From NCBI GenBank assembly GCA_030603365.1, contig JAUVXV010000001.1, positions 608,001-672,000 on the forward strand: a stretch of DNA of 64,000 nt. Direction: 5' to 3'. The notes beneath the pieces are model-generated. The model saw only the letters and a list, made by a program, of their open reading frames with translations. It was not told the origin of the DNA and did no database searches. A program made the translations under genes and the position numbers. Origin of the DNA: Candidatus Heimdallarchaeota archaeon (GTDB taxonomy: Archaea > Asgardarchaeota > Heimdallarchaeia > Heimdallarchaeales > Heimdallarchaeaceae). Below, piece after piece: positions 18,674 to 28,955 of the stretch (the stretch's first letter is position 1; every line of letters starts with the position of its first letter).

Positions 18674-19348
18674 GTGAGTATATTGATGAAGAGATTTCAC
18701 AAGAATTTAATTTCCTTCTGTTTTGTTTCCCCTTTGATACTTACTTACATTGTTTCATTTACTCAGGCTTCAACTTCTGGTTATACAATTTATACACGAA
18801 TAACTGATATAACTCTCCCTCCAGAGATAGTTGAGAAAACTTTCTTCCCTAATCATACAGCGTTTGAATTTGATTATACTGGAGAAATCATAAATCCCAC
18901 GGGGATTGATTTGTTTATCTGGACACCAACTACTTGCTTAGTTCATAATACTGGAAATATAACTTTTGAAAATGAACAAAATGATGGTCACATTCTCGGG
19001 GGAGAAACCCTCTGTGGACAGGCATTCACTCAACATAAGATACCTCCTGGAATTTCTGAAGGAACATTACCCCTTTACATTTCTATAAATGGTACAGTTG
19101 AGACTCTCCCAAATGGAAATTACTCTGTATGGATTGTCATACCTGATTGTGAAGATCAACATGATTATGTTCATTATCCGTCAATTATCTCAGTTTCAAA
19201 TTCTAATATTGTAACTACTCATACTGGAGCAAATATGACTTTCACTTTCCCATCTGTACCCTCATTCCCTCCCCTTCCAGTTTATTCCTTATTTGTTTTC
19301 TTTATTTTGTTGACTATTATACATTACATTAGAAAAAGAAAAATATGA
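18674..19348 (+). CDS. Secreted, membrane-anchored protein (cassette family A; likely start 18686)
   Basis: Close paralog of 15560 (SGYTIYTRIT, TPTTCL, LCGQ, TLPNGN, FTFPSV); TATTTAAG 22 nt before ATG 18686. Confidence 0.75.
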   Translation: MSILMKRFHKNLISFCFVSPLILTYIVSFTQASTSGYTIYTRITDITLPPEIVEKTFFPNHTAFEFDYTGEIINPTGIDLFIWTPTTCLVHNTGNITFENEQNDGHILGGETLCGQAFTQHKIPPGISEGTLPLYISINGTVETLPNGNYSVWIVIPDCEDQHDYVHYPSIISVSNSNIVTTHTGANMTFTFPSVPSFPPLPVYSLFVFFILLTIIHYIRKRKI

Positions 19349-19382
19349 TTTATGATCAAATGCTGTAATTTTCTTCAACATC

Positions 19383-19424
19383 GAGCTAGAATCTCCTTCC
19401 TGTTCAGGCAGAAATCCTTCAGGG
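19383..19424 (+). repeat. 42-bp direct repeat, copy 5
   Basis: 1 mismatch; match extends 5' through AACATC. Confidence 0.96.
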
Positions 19425-19482
19425 GTTTTTCTTCTTTTCTTTGCCTATGTTTTAAATACCTGTTTGTCAAAATTGTATACTG

Positions 19483-20127
19483 ATGATTCAATTTGATAAA
19501 ACTAAAATCTCATCGGTTTTTGTTTTTTTACTTGTATTTTTCTTCTTTGTGAATATTGTACAATCTGATCCAGAAGATATACTTTATAGTCGCATTTCTG
19601 AAATTACTATAAATACTCCTAACTATTCTTCCGAATATAATTATACAGATTTCGATTTTAGTTTTATCATAGAGTTATATAATCCTATGAATGAAGTTAT
19701 ACTTATCTCAACTCCACACTCAATTCTCTTTAATCCTCACGTCAATGTTAGTTTTGCTAATGATTCCTACTCGCTATTTTTCTTGTATGGCTATTATACT
19801 GTACCAACTGATCACTCCATCCCTCCTAATACCACAACTTATTTGAGAGATTATCCTCTTCATTTTACAGATGCAAACCTAACACGATTACCTGAAGGAA
19901 ATTATACCTTATGGTTTGAATTAGATGGACCATCACCTATCACCTATCAACCATTGTCCTCCTTCATAAATGTAAACGACACAACAATAGAAATTTCTCA
20001 TGAAGAATATAATGGTTCATTATTTGTAATTCCTGAATATTCAAGGTTCTTTGTTTATTTTGGAACAACTCATTTATGTTTGATAATATTGATGATTTTT
20101 TTCTTCAAAAAAAGAAGAAATCATTAG
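19483..20127 (+). CDS. Secreted, membrane-anchored protein (cassette family A, divergent)
   Basis: LYSRISEI, NYTDFDF...ELYNP, LPEGNYTLWF, TM and KKRR; TTTAAATA 25 nt upstream. Confidence 0.7.
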   Translation: MIQFDKTKISSVFVFLLVFFFFVNIVQSDPEDILYSRISEITINTPNYSSEYNYTDFDFSFIIELYNPMNEVILISTPHSILFNPHVNVSFANDSYSLFFLYGYYTVPTDHSIPPNTTTYLRDYPLHFTDANLTRLPEGNYTLWFELDGPSPITYQPLSSFINVNDTTIEISHEEYNGSLFVIPEYSRFFVYFGTTHLCLIILMIFFFKKRRNH

Positions 20128-20139
20128 AATTCAATGAAT

Positions 20140-20181
20140 GAGCTAGAATCTCCTTCCTATTCAAGCAGAAATCTCTCAGGG
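20140..20181 (+). repeat. 42-bp direct repeat, copy 6 (most degenerate)
   Basis: 3 mismatches; first 19 bp invariant. Confidence 0.93.
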
Positions 20182-20320
20182 TTTTTCTTTCATTATTTTA
20201 CTTCAAAAATGTAATTTTCTTCTTAAAATGTACAAATAGTTGTACGGATTAAAGCATGCTCTGTACAAAGCATTATATTAAATCTGTTGGAAGACTTGTG
20301 ATAATTAGTCGATAATTCAA

Positions 20321-21034
20321 GTGATAAACATGAGTGAAAAAGACCTTTTGGGAAAAGCAATCGCTCGTTATTTAACCAAGAATTTTGTAAAGTGGTTTAG
20401 TATTGGTTTCGGTGCAGCTCTAATTCTTGGAACTGTTATTGGAGTTAGTTTTTATTATGGTTTCAATCCCTTAACCGACCATGATCCAGATCCTGATATA
20501 CCTTTCTCAACAAGGTTGGCAGAGGAGATAGCTTCAGAGATACCTAATGTTGTTCATGTGATTATAACTGGTAATGCCACTCAAGCTATTCATGAAAGGT
20601 TAAGTTGGGCTATAATCGACCAAGAAGGTGATAACACTTCATATAGTTGGAATGTAACAGCATATGTTATGTTCCCAGCTGATGCCATTAATTTTCTCCT
20701 TTCCACAGCTGAAGTTAATGAGATTGGAACAGGACTGGTTACATCAATTACAAACACTGAAAGAGTAGGAACATTTGGGGTAGCACCTTATGGTGAAGAT
20801 CCTGAACCACCAAACATGAAATGGTCAACAGAATTGTATTTAGCTAATTATACTGTAATTTTGTTATTTATTGATATGGAAGGTTTGATTCTCTTCCAGA
20901 CATCAACTTGGCAAGGAGATTACAATATAGATGATACTGATATGCAAGGATCAGCTGTTCTTTTACCTGAAAGTGCGTTTGATGATTATATACAAGTACT
21001 AAAGGATTTGTTTACACCCCATCTACAAATATAG
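20321..21034 (+). CDS. Hypothetical protein with single N-terminal TM anchor and acidic extracellular domain
   Basis: One hydrophobic helix at about residues 25-47; no family recognised. Confidence 0.6.
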   Translation: MINMSEKDLLGKAIARYLTKNFVKWFSIGFGAALILGTVIGVSFYYGFNPLTDHDPDPDIPFSTRLAEEIASEIPNVVHVIITGNATQAIHERLSWAIIDQEGDNTSYSWNVTAYVMFPADAINFLLSTAEVNEIGTGLVTSITNTERVGTFGVAPYGEDPEPPNMKWSTELYLANYTVILLFIDMEGLILFQTSTWQGDYNIDDTDMQGSAVLLPESAFDDYIQVLKDLFTPHLQI

Positions 21035-21136
21035 AAGAAATGATTATTGTAGGATTTAATAATTGTGTAGTATAATCTAAATTATTCTTGAAAAAAGAAA
21101 ATTAGTTGAGGTAATAAAACTCTTACCCATTCTTCT

Positions 21137-22765
21137 TTATTTATTGTATCTCGTTTTAACAATCACAACAGTCCCAAGGAAAGATAATAGAACAATGAAA
21201 AAACCAAAAGAAGATTCTTCAGGTGGGTCAGTTGTTGGTTCACTAGTTACTTGGCAATCATAATAGTATTCAAATGGATAAGGATCCGTCCTATTGTGGT
21301 TTCCATCAATTTGATACTCTCCTTCTCCTTCATAATCGTTCCAATAATTCCCTTCATCTGTTGCGCTTTCATACCATCTATTGTTATATCCTTCATCATA
21401 AGCTTGAGAAAAGCCATGCTCTGTACCATTTCTGTTATTGCAGATGAAATAATTGTGATGTATCTTGTTCCAAGTTGACCAATCCCAAATCTTTATCCCA
21501 TATTCTATATTTTCTTGTAAGATGTTATATGAAATTGTTGTGAAATCTGTTTCCTCAAGTATAATGCCATTTTGATTATTTTTGCATGTGTTATTGGCTA
21601 TTGTTAGTGAATCAACTTCCCTTAAGCGAATTCCAATATTGCTATCACTACAGGTATTTAAAACAATACTGGGAGTTCCTTTATAGATTGTAATTCCATA
21701 ATCAACATTTCGAATTACAGTATTGTTCAGTACTTGAGTTGCTATGCTTGTGTGAATATCAATTCCTGCATATTCATTATCATAACAGTAGTTATTTTTG
21801 ATTATTGATGCAGAATCAGCGATAATATCTATTCCTGAGGTGCTGGAATTACATGTGTTTTCTTGAATAGTCATTTCTTCAGTGTAAGCCATCCTAATGC
21901 CATAATGACTTTCAGTACAGTAATTTTTCTGAATTGTAGCTAGAGAAGAATATTGACAATAAATTCCCCAATTTGTATTTTCACAAGAATTTTCAGATAT
22001 TGTACCTAAACTAGATGAAAGAAAACTTATCCCCCACCATGAACTGGTAACAGTATTCGAAGTAGCATTGACCGAATTCGAACCTAAAATATGAATACCT
22101 GCATTGTTTGCGGAATAGCAATAATTATCTTCAATTATAGAATTGTGTGTTTGAGATAATGCAATTCCGAAGTCACTGTTATAACATTCATTATTCTTTA
22201 TTATCTCGTGGTTTGAATAGTAACATACAATTCCTACAGCACCACCACTGCACTTGTTGTTAGATATGGTTACATAATTTGTTGAATAGATGTAAATTCC
22301 ATACCACTCATCTCCATGACAAACATTATTGCTAATCTCAATATTTTCAATAGTGAGATCACTTATGCTTATTGCTGATACATTTGCATTCACTGTGCAG
22401 AATTGAATTTTGAAATGCTTTGTGACATTTGTAATAAAAATTCCGAATTCCAGATCTGTTTCTATTGTGTAGTATTCTATAAGATACGGTTCTTCCTCAG
22501 TTCCAATTCCAGGAAAACCATACGAGTCGAAATCTTGGTCATTCAGTATGATAATGGGGTCTAGATAGGACAATTTAATATTATATTGATGTTCATAAAC
22601 AGAATTACTGTATTGATCTATTGATCTTCCCCCTTGATTTGTCAATTCAAACTGTTGCATGTTTAGGATTGTTATAAGCATTAGAAGGATATAAAAGAAC
22701 TTAATAGATCTTAATGTTCTACTCTTCATAATATTCTGTCCTCTATATGTAATAATGTCATTCAT
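21137..22765 (-). CDS. NosD-like beta-helix surface protein
   Basis: Same cap, repeat, GNYW and EES-TM architecture; close paralog of 22772. Confidence 0.85.
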   Translation of the reverse strand: MNDIITYRGQNIMKSRTLRSIKFFYILLMLITILNMQQFELTNQGGRSIDQYSNSVYEHQYNIKLSYLDPIIILNDQDFDSYGFPGIGTEEEPYLIEYYTIETDLEFGIFITNVTKHFKIQFCTVNANVSAISISDLTIENIEISNNVCHGDEWYGIYIYSTNYVTISNNKCSGGAVGIVCYYSNHEIIKNNECYNSDFGIALSQTHNSIIEDNYCYSANNAGIHILGSNSVNATSNTVTSSWWGISFLSSSLGTISENSCENTNWGIYCQYSSLATIQKNYCTESHYGIRMAYTEEMTIQENTCNSSTSGIDIIADSASIIKNNYCYDNEYAGIDIHTSIATQVLNNTVIRNVDYGITIYKGTPSIVLNTCSDSNIGIRLREVDSLTIANNTCKNNQNGIILEETDFTTISYNILQENIEYGIKIWDWSTWNKIHHNYFICNNRNGTEHGFSQAYDEGYNNRWYESATDEGNYWNDYEGEGEYQIDGNHNRTDPYPFEYYYDCQVTSEPTTDPPEESSFGFFIVLLSFLGTVVIVKTRYNK

Positions 22766-22771
22766 TGTTTT

Positions 22772-24364
22772 TTATTTTCTATATCTTTTTGTAGTAACAA
22801 CAACAGTCCCAAGAACTGATAATACAATAATGAGAAGACCAAAGTAAGATTCTTCAGTTGGTACGATTGTTGGTTCACTAGTTACTTGGCAATAATAATA
22901 GTATTCAAAGGGATAGGGATCAGTGTTGTTATCTTTTCCGTCAATCTGATACTCTCCAATCCCTTCATAATCGTTCCAATAGTTCCCTTCATCTGTAGAG
23001 CTTTCATACCATCTGTTATTATACCCTTCATCATAAGCTTGAGAAAAACCATGCACAGTACCATTTCTATTGTTGCAGATGAAGTAATTGTGATGAATTT
23101 TATTCCAGGTTGACCAATCACCAATCTTGATTCCATATTCAATATTCTCTTGTAGAATATTGTAGGAGATGGTTGAAAAATCTGTTTCGGACAGAACAAT
23201 TCCTTTTATATTCATTGCACAAGTATTGTTAGAAAGAGTAATTGATTGTACTCCTGTTATAGATATTCCAATTCTATTGAAACTGCAATTGTTCAGAAGG
23301 ACATTAGGAGAGCCTTTATAAATTGTAATGCCCGATAATTTATTCATAAAAAGCGAATTGTTTGTTACCGAAGTAGATATGCCTCTCCAGATATTTATAC
23401 CATACTCAGAATTACTGTAGCAAACATTGTTTCGAACTTGAGATTCGGAATCTTCATCAACTGCAATACCTTGTTGACAAGAATGACACTCATTTTCTGA
23501 AACATTTATCTTTCCAGTGTGCCAAAGTTCAATACCTGCAATACTATTTATGCACAAATTTCTATCTATAACTGCTCTATTTGAATATTCTGCCAATATC
23601 CCCCAAAATGTATTATTACAAAAATTATCAGTTATATAACCAAAACTGGAACTAATGAAGTCTATTCCAAAACCTGACTTATAAACTGTATTTCGAGAGA
23701 TGTTAATATAGCTAGAATACATAATGTGAATTCCAGCATAACTGTTGTGATGGCAGTAATTATCTCCAATATAGGAGTTATCGGTTTCATATAGGGCTAT
23801 ACCAAAATCATTGTAAATGCATTCATTATTCTCGATGAACTCATTATTTGAGTACCAACAAACAATCCCTACTGCACCTCCTCTGCACCAATTATCAGTT
23901 ATTATCACATAATCTGTTGAATAAATATAGATTCCATACCATTCTTCTACTTGACAAACATTATTTCGAATTTCTATATTCTCTACTGTTAGATCACTAA
24001 CGCTGATTGCTGATACACTTGCATAAACTACACAGTATTGGATTTTGAAATGCTTGGTAGTGTTTGTAATAAATATCCCAAATTCCTCATCTGTATCTAT
24101 TGTGTAGTTTTCTATAAGATAAGGCTCTTCTTCTGTTCCTTGACCTGGAAAAGCATAATAAATGAAATCTTGGTCATTGATTATAATTATAGGATCACTC
24201 ACGGTTAGTTTAACCTCATTAAATATTTCCACTGAAGATATCTGTTCAATATTATCATGTTCCATATCCTTAGAAATTTCATCGCTATTTGCATAAAAAA
24301 ACAATAAAATAATCAAACTGACGTAAATAACTCTCTTTTTTCTCTGATTCATACATTTCCTCAT
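22772..24364 (-). CDS. NosD-like beta-helix surface protein
   Basis: Same architecture; C-terminal ~110 aa nearly identical to 21137. Confidence 0.85.
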   Translation of the reverse strand: MRKCMNQRKKRVIYVSLIILLFFYANSDEISKDMEHDNIEQISSVEIFNEVKLTVSDPIIIINDQDFIYYAFPGQGTEEEPYLIENYTIDTDEEFGIFITNTTKHFKIQYCVVYASVSAISVSDLTVENIEIRNNVCQVEEWYGIYIYSTDYVIITDNWCRGGAVGIVCWYSNNEFIENNECIYNDFGIALYETDNSYIGDNYCHHNSYAGIHIMYSSYINISRNTVYKSGFGIDFISSSFGYITDNFCNNTFWGILAEYSNRAVIDRNLCINSIAGIELWHTGKINVSENECHSCQQGIAVDEDSESQVRNNVCYSNSEYGINIWRGISTSVTNNSLFMNKLSGITIYKGSPNVLLNNCSFNRIGISITGVQSITLSNNTCAMNIKGIVLSETDFSTISYNILQENIEYGIKIGDWSTWNKIHHNYFICNNRNGTVHGFSQAYDEGYNNRWYESSTDEGNYWNDYEGIGEYQIDGKDNNTDPYPFEYYYYCQVTSEPTIVPTEESYFGLLIIVLSVLGTVVVTTKRYRK

Positions 24365-24367
24365 TTT

Positions 24368-26002
24368 TCATCTTATCCGTTTATTATGATTCTTGTATCT
24401 CCTTTCCTTTTTATATCGCATTTTAGCAATCGACATAGTCCCAATAAATGATAATACAACAGTAAGAAGACTTAAAGAAGATTCTTCTGTTGGTTCAGTT
24501 ATTGTTTCTGTTGTTATACACTCAAAATAGTATTCAAATGGATAAGGATCAGTCATATTGTATTTACCATCTATTGAGTATTCTCCTTCTCCTTCATAAT
24601 CTGTCCAAAAATTGCCTGTGTTTGAATCAAAATCATACCACCTATTGTTATAACTACGATCATAAGCTTGGGAAAAACCGTATTCTGTACCAGCTAAGTT
24701 ATTGCAGATAAAGTAATTGCCATAGATTCTATTCCATGTAGATTCAAAATCTGTTATACATACTCCATATTCTCTGTTTTCTTGGAAAGCATTAGAAATT
24801 ATCTCATTATTACTCGAATCTTCAAGTTTCATTCCATATCTGTTCTCGTTACAAGTATTGTTAAATATGAAAAAAGAACTTGAGACGTACAAATTAATAC
24901 CATAAGTATTGTTATTACAAGTGTTACTGATTATCTGATTGTCTTCTCTATCAGAACGTTCATGTCTAAAGACATACATCCCATTGTCCAAATTGTCATT
25001 ACAGGTGTTATTCACTACTAAGCAAGAACCACTTGAACGCAAGTAAATTCCATCCCGTGTATTATTGTTGCAGATATTATGATCTATTAATGAAGACTGA
25101 CTTTGAGTTGTCCAAATTCCGTATGTACCAGCAGAACAGTTGTTATAAACAATGTCAACACCATAAGTACCATGGTTATCTATTCCAATATAAGTGAAGA
25201 CAATATTATTTCTAATCACTGTAATGTTTTTAAGATAGGAAAGAGTAAATCCATTGTCCGAATATTCAATGGTGTTTTCTGAGAGAATGGCATCTTCTAC
25301 TGAATATAAATCGATCCCAATTCTAGTGTTTGAGCAAAAATTATTTTGTAGGTTTATATTTTTTGAATATGCTTGATTTATACCAATTTTGAGGTTGTAT
25401 ACACAATAATTGTTCGTTATTATTGTGCCTTCTGCACCCCCTCCTATTATACCATATTCATTATCATAGCAGAGATTATTTACAATTTTACTATAGTTAG
25501 AATAAAAAACTCCTATACCTGCTTGAGTATAAGCACAAGTATTATTGGAAATAGTCAGGTTTGGGCAAAGAAAAACATATATCCCATAAATGGCGCTATT
25601 TGTGAAATGGTTGTTGTTGATTGAAGAATAACTTCCTGTGTTATTAAATAGATGAATACTTGTGGCACTTGCACTTACACTGCAATTGAAAATGACAAAA
25701 TTCAAGGTTGTATCTCTAATAAATATGCCAAAATCTGAATCTGTTTCAATCTCTAGATTTTGTATTAAGAATGGATTAGTCTCAGAACCATTCCCTGGAA
25801 GACCATAAGATAGAAAATCATCATCTGAACCTATTAGTATAGGAGAGCTTGCGATTTTAAATGAATAATCTCGTATTTCTGATAAATCTAATAAGAAATG
25901 ATCCTTTCCCTCGAATGAATTTATCTCTTTACTCTTGTAATTACCAGAAGTGCTGACTAGCATAAATACGAAAAGAAACAAACAGATGGTTCTAGATTTC
26001 AA
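24368..26002 (-). CDS. NosD-like beta-helix surface protein (TTG start)
   Basis: Close paralog of 12929 (shared N-terminus and DREDNQII..SQAYDR block). Confidence 0.85.
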   Translation of the reverse strand: MKSRTICLFLFVFMLVSTSGNYKSKEINSFEGKDHFLLDLSEIRDYSFKIASSPILIGSDDDFLSYGLPGNGSETNPFLIQNLEIETDSDFGIFIRDTTLNFVIFNCSVSASATSIHLFNNTGSYSSINNNHFTNSAIYGIYVFLCPNLTISNNTCAYTQAGIGVFYSNYSKIVNNLCYDNEYGIIGGGAEGTIITNNYCVYNLKIGINQAYSKNINLQNNFCSNTRIGIDLYSVEDAILSENTIEYSDNGFTLSYLKNITVIRNNIVFTYIGIDNHGTYGVDIVYNNCSAGTYGIWTTQSQSSLIDHNICNNNTRDGIYLRSSGSCLVVNNTCNDNLDNGMYVFRHERSDREDNQIISNTCNNNTYGINLYVSSSFFIFNNTCNENRYGMKLEDSSNNEIISNAFQENREYGVCITDFESTWNRIYGNYFICNNLAGTEYGFSQAYDRSYNNRWYDFDSNTGNFWTDYEGEGEYSIDGKYNMTDPYPFEYYFECITTETITEPTEESSLSLLTVVLSFIGTMSIAKMRYKKERRYKNHNKRIR

Positions 26003-26005
26003 TTA

Positions 26006-27532
26006 TTATACCTTCCAATGATGCATTTTTCTTCTTCTTACCAAAAAAGTAACCCCTAAGAAATAAAAACTTATGTAGACTAATTTTGGAGTTAGTGCTT
26101 CTTCTGTCTCTACAGGTGTCTGCGTTGGAGTTGTTGTAATTTCATATCTAAATGGCTCGGCATTAGGATAACGATCTACGAAATCTTCTCCACCATCTAT
26201 TGTATAATTTCCTTCTCCGATATAGTCTGACCAGTAATTTCCTAGTTGATTCTCTTCATCATACCAATGATTATTGAATCCTTCATCGAAACATTGAGAG
26301 AATCCAGAAAGCATTTCAGCATTATTGTTGATAAAATCGTTATAGAAGATATCATTTTGCCAACTCCAAGTTGAAAAAATACCAAAATCACTATTATTTT
26401 CCAGAATATTGTAGTGTATCGAATTATAGCTTGCATATTCTAAATGCATACCATATTCAAGGTTATTAGAAAAAGTATTATTTGCAATCATTCTTCGGTT
26501 TGCATCTTTTATCTTGATTCCAATTCCATTGAATTCACAGAAATTATTAACGAAATCTGATGGTTCGTTTACATCGAATTCATTATCAGATATTTTAATC
26601 CCATATAGGCCATTATGATTACATGTGTTATTTTTTACAAGAAGATACTCCCCTGCAACAAAACTCATTCCAACCTCTAAATTATATTCACAGATGTTAT
26701 TAGTAAAATTACTAGATATCAAACCTCTACTTGAAATCCCAGTTAAAATGCTATTTGAGAAGTTATTGCCAGATATTACTGAATTAGGGCAAGATTCAAT
26801 ACTTAATCCTACATTACAATTGATGCATGTATTGTTTAGAATCTTATTAGAGCGGGAATATTTAATTTTAATCCCATAAAATGTGTCTTGACATAAGTTA
26901 TCTTCTAAGATGATGTTTCTACTGTCACCACATACGATTCCTGCACAAGTATTATCTGTTATATTAGAGTATCCCGCACAATCAATGTCAATCTGCCCCC
27001 AAAAACAGCTGTTATTGACCACAGAAGAATACGGTACATCCCTAAGAATAATCCTACAGGATTTGTACTGAAGTATATTATCGTGTAGAACTACACCTGC
27101 TGACTCTCTGATCCATATTGCTGTATAATTGCAGTGAGTAATGGTATTATTAAGGATAGATATGGTATTGGTACCAACATTTGTCACCATTATTCCTCGT
27201 GTTCCTGTTAAGTGACAATTTCTTATAACAAAATGTTTTGTAGTATCCTGAATTAAAATGGCGTCTTGTACATAACTTATGATGTTTAGATTTTCAATGA
27301 TGTAAGGGCGAGTGTTATTTCCATACCCCGAAAAACCATAATCAGTAAAATTATCGTCTGAAATTATCCGAATCGATTCATGGTTAGAATATGCTTTAAT
27401 TTCAGGAAAACTAGTTTGAAAAACATTATAAGACTCCCCTAAAATTTGAAATTTGGATTCAGATGTTGAAATCGTGAAAATAAGCATTGATAGAATTATC
27501 ATTAAAAATAGGTTGTTTTTTTTGTTCATCAT
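26006..27532 (-). CDS. NosD-like beta-helix surface protein
   Basis: I.IISDDNF..YGF.G.G...PYIIENL cap, repeats, GNYWSD, TEEA-TM-RRRK. Confidence 0.85.
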   Translation of the reverse strand: MMNKKNNLFLMIILSMLIFTISTSESKFQILGESYNVFQTSFPEIKAYSNHESIRIISDDNFTDYGFSGYGNNTRPYIIENLNIISYVQDAILIQDTTKHFVIRNCHLTGTRGIMVTNVGTNTISILNNTITHCNYTAIWIRESAGVVLHDNILQYKSCRIILRDVPYSSVVNNSCFWGQIDIDCAGYSNITDNTCAGIVCGDSRNIILEDNLCQDTFYGIKIKYSRSNKILNNTCINCNVGLSIESCPNSVISGNNFSNSILTGISSRGLISSNFTNNICEYNLEVGMSFVAGEYLLVKNNTCNHNGLYGIKISDNEFDVNEPSDFVNNFCEFNGIGIKIKDANRRMIANNTFSNNLEYGMHLEYASYNSIHYNILENNSDFGIFSTWSWQNDIFYNDFINNNAEMLSGFSQCFDEGFNNHWYDEENQLGNYWSDYIGEGNYTIDGGEDFVDRYPNAEPFRYEITTTPTQTPVETEEALTPKLVYISFYFLGVTFLVRRRKMHHWKV

Positions 27533-28797
27533 TGAGCCACTTCCAGGCTTGAACCTTTTCTCTTTCTTCTCCTTATAACTTGAAAAAGAAATGCTGATTC
27601 AATTAGTAGTAAGCACCATAAATCAAAAGATAAAATGGATGTATGAGGTGTTGATGTCATATGTAGTATATTTTCAAAGGTCTTCAGTTTTAGTTTATAG
27701 GTCCTTTCTTCAGTTGTTGAGTTATAATATTCTTCGAAAACATAAAATGATGTTACTGGATCTGAAAGGCTATACAGTCTTAAAATTGTTGAGCCATATG
27801 GATATGTTTCCATATGTACAAGGTTACCATCAGCTGAAAAGATTTTCAGAACACACACCGTAGTTCCATGTTTAGTACTAGTTTTCATAACATAATACTC
27901 CCCATTGAAATGACAATCAAAATAATACGAACTCATTGTTTTAGTTTCCAAAGTAAAATTGTTGACCAACTCATTATCATAAGATATCTGAGAAGCAAAA
28001 GTGGGTCCATATGTGTAATTTGTGTAAATAACACTAATTCCCTTTTCATATAATGAAATTGAGTGAATTTCTTGACTTAGTTTTCTATGCCAAACAACAG
28101 ACCTATTATTGGTATCTATTTTTAATATATCATCTTTGTAAGCAACAAACAAATCTCCTTTGTGGTTTTCAGCAAATTTCCAATCTAGGAAAGGTCTTGA
28201 TCTAGTATAATTCATCGTATTTATAGTTGTGAAACTTACTTCCCAGTCATAATATCCTGTCTCATTGAATGCATAAATCGTCGTATTTGTATAGTTGATA
28301 TCATCTATTGAGAAGAAACCTTCAATTCTTCCAAGGTAGAAATTGCCTTTATTTGAAAGCCCAATCTCATTTAGATAAATAGTATCTAATGTTATTTTTC
28401 TTATTAAACTCATATTTGAATCGAATTTGATATACGTACAATTGTATTGATTAGGAGGCCAAACCATATACGTGAAAATATTCCCATCATCATCCATAAT
28501 CGGATCGTTGCTGAAATCAGCATTGTTTTTGGGAGCATTAAGTATTTCGTTCCCATTTTTGTCAAATTTAAGAAAGTGTATGTACCCTTCGTACATTGCA
28601 TCTAATGTAAGTAGTGTATTTTGATATTTATCAATTCCATGGCTTTCCATACTTCGAACAACCATATACTTGTACATTTCTCCAAACTCAATTTCCCAAA
28701 GATCCTCAGCTGTATTATCTAAAGATTGAATTGGAATAACTGAAATACATAAACAAATCAACAAGAAATAACATATAATTTTCTTCTTGGGTATCAT
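27529..28797 (-). CDS. Secreted, membrane-anchored protein, probable beta-propeller
   Basis: Signal peptide, KFDKNGNE / DDDGNIF / FNETGYYDW / FSADGNLV blade-like motifs, TM and RRRKRK. Confidence 0.6.
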   Translation of the reverse strand: MIPKKKIICYFLLICLCISVIPIQSLDNTAEDLWEIEFGEMYKYMVVRSMESHGIDKYQNTLLTLDAMYEGYIHFLKFDKNGNEILNAPKNNADFSNDPIMDDDGNIFTYMVWPPNQYNCTYIKFDSNMSLIRKITLDTIYLNEIGLSNKGNFYLGRIEGFFSIDDINYTNTTIYAFNETGYYDWEVSFTTINTMNYTRSRPFLDWKFAENHKGDLFVAYKDDILKIDTNNRSVVWHRKLSQEIHSISLYEKGISVIYTNYTYGPTFASQISYDNELVNNFTLETKTMSSYYFDCHFNGEYYVMKTSTKHGTTVCVLKIFSADGNLVHMETYPYGSTILRLYSLSDPVTSFYVFEEYYNSTTEERTYKLKLKTFENILHMTSTPHTSILSFDLWCLLLIESAFLFQVIRRRKRKGSSLEVAQ

Positions 28798-28913
28798 TTT
28801 ACTTACCTTAGTTTTTTGAAATAGAGAAGCTATTTTCTATAATAAGGTATTTCCACAATATATATTAAAAGCTAGATGAGAGTATTTCAATACAATTTGT
28901 TAATCGAATTTTA

Positions 28914-28955
28914 GAGCTAGAATCTCCTTCCTGTTCAGGCAGAAATCCCTCAAGG
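28914..28955 (+). repeat. 42-bp direct repeat, copy 7 (distal)
   Basis: 1 mismatch; its tail TTTTTCTTCTTTTATTTT matches the master's tail furthest. Confidence 0.96.

Noticed and set aside
21247-23199. Similar small ORFs at 21247/22882 and 21251/22886 (also 13016)
   Set aside because: Alternate-frame or antisense shadows of the duplicated NosD-like C-termini.
12929-27532. Diversity-generating retroelement acting on the paralogs
   Set aside because: No reverse transcriptase in the window, and differences between copies are not visibly adenine-restricted.
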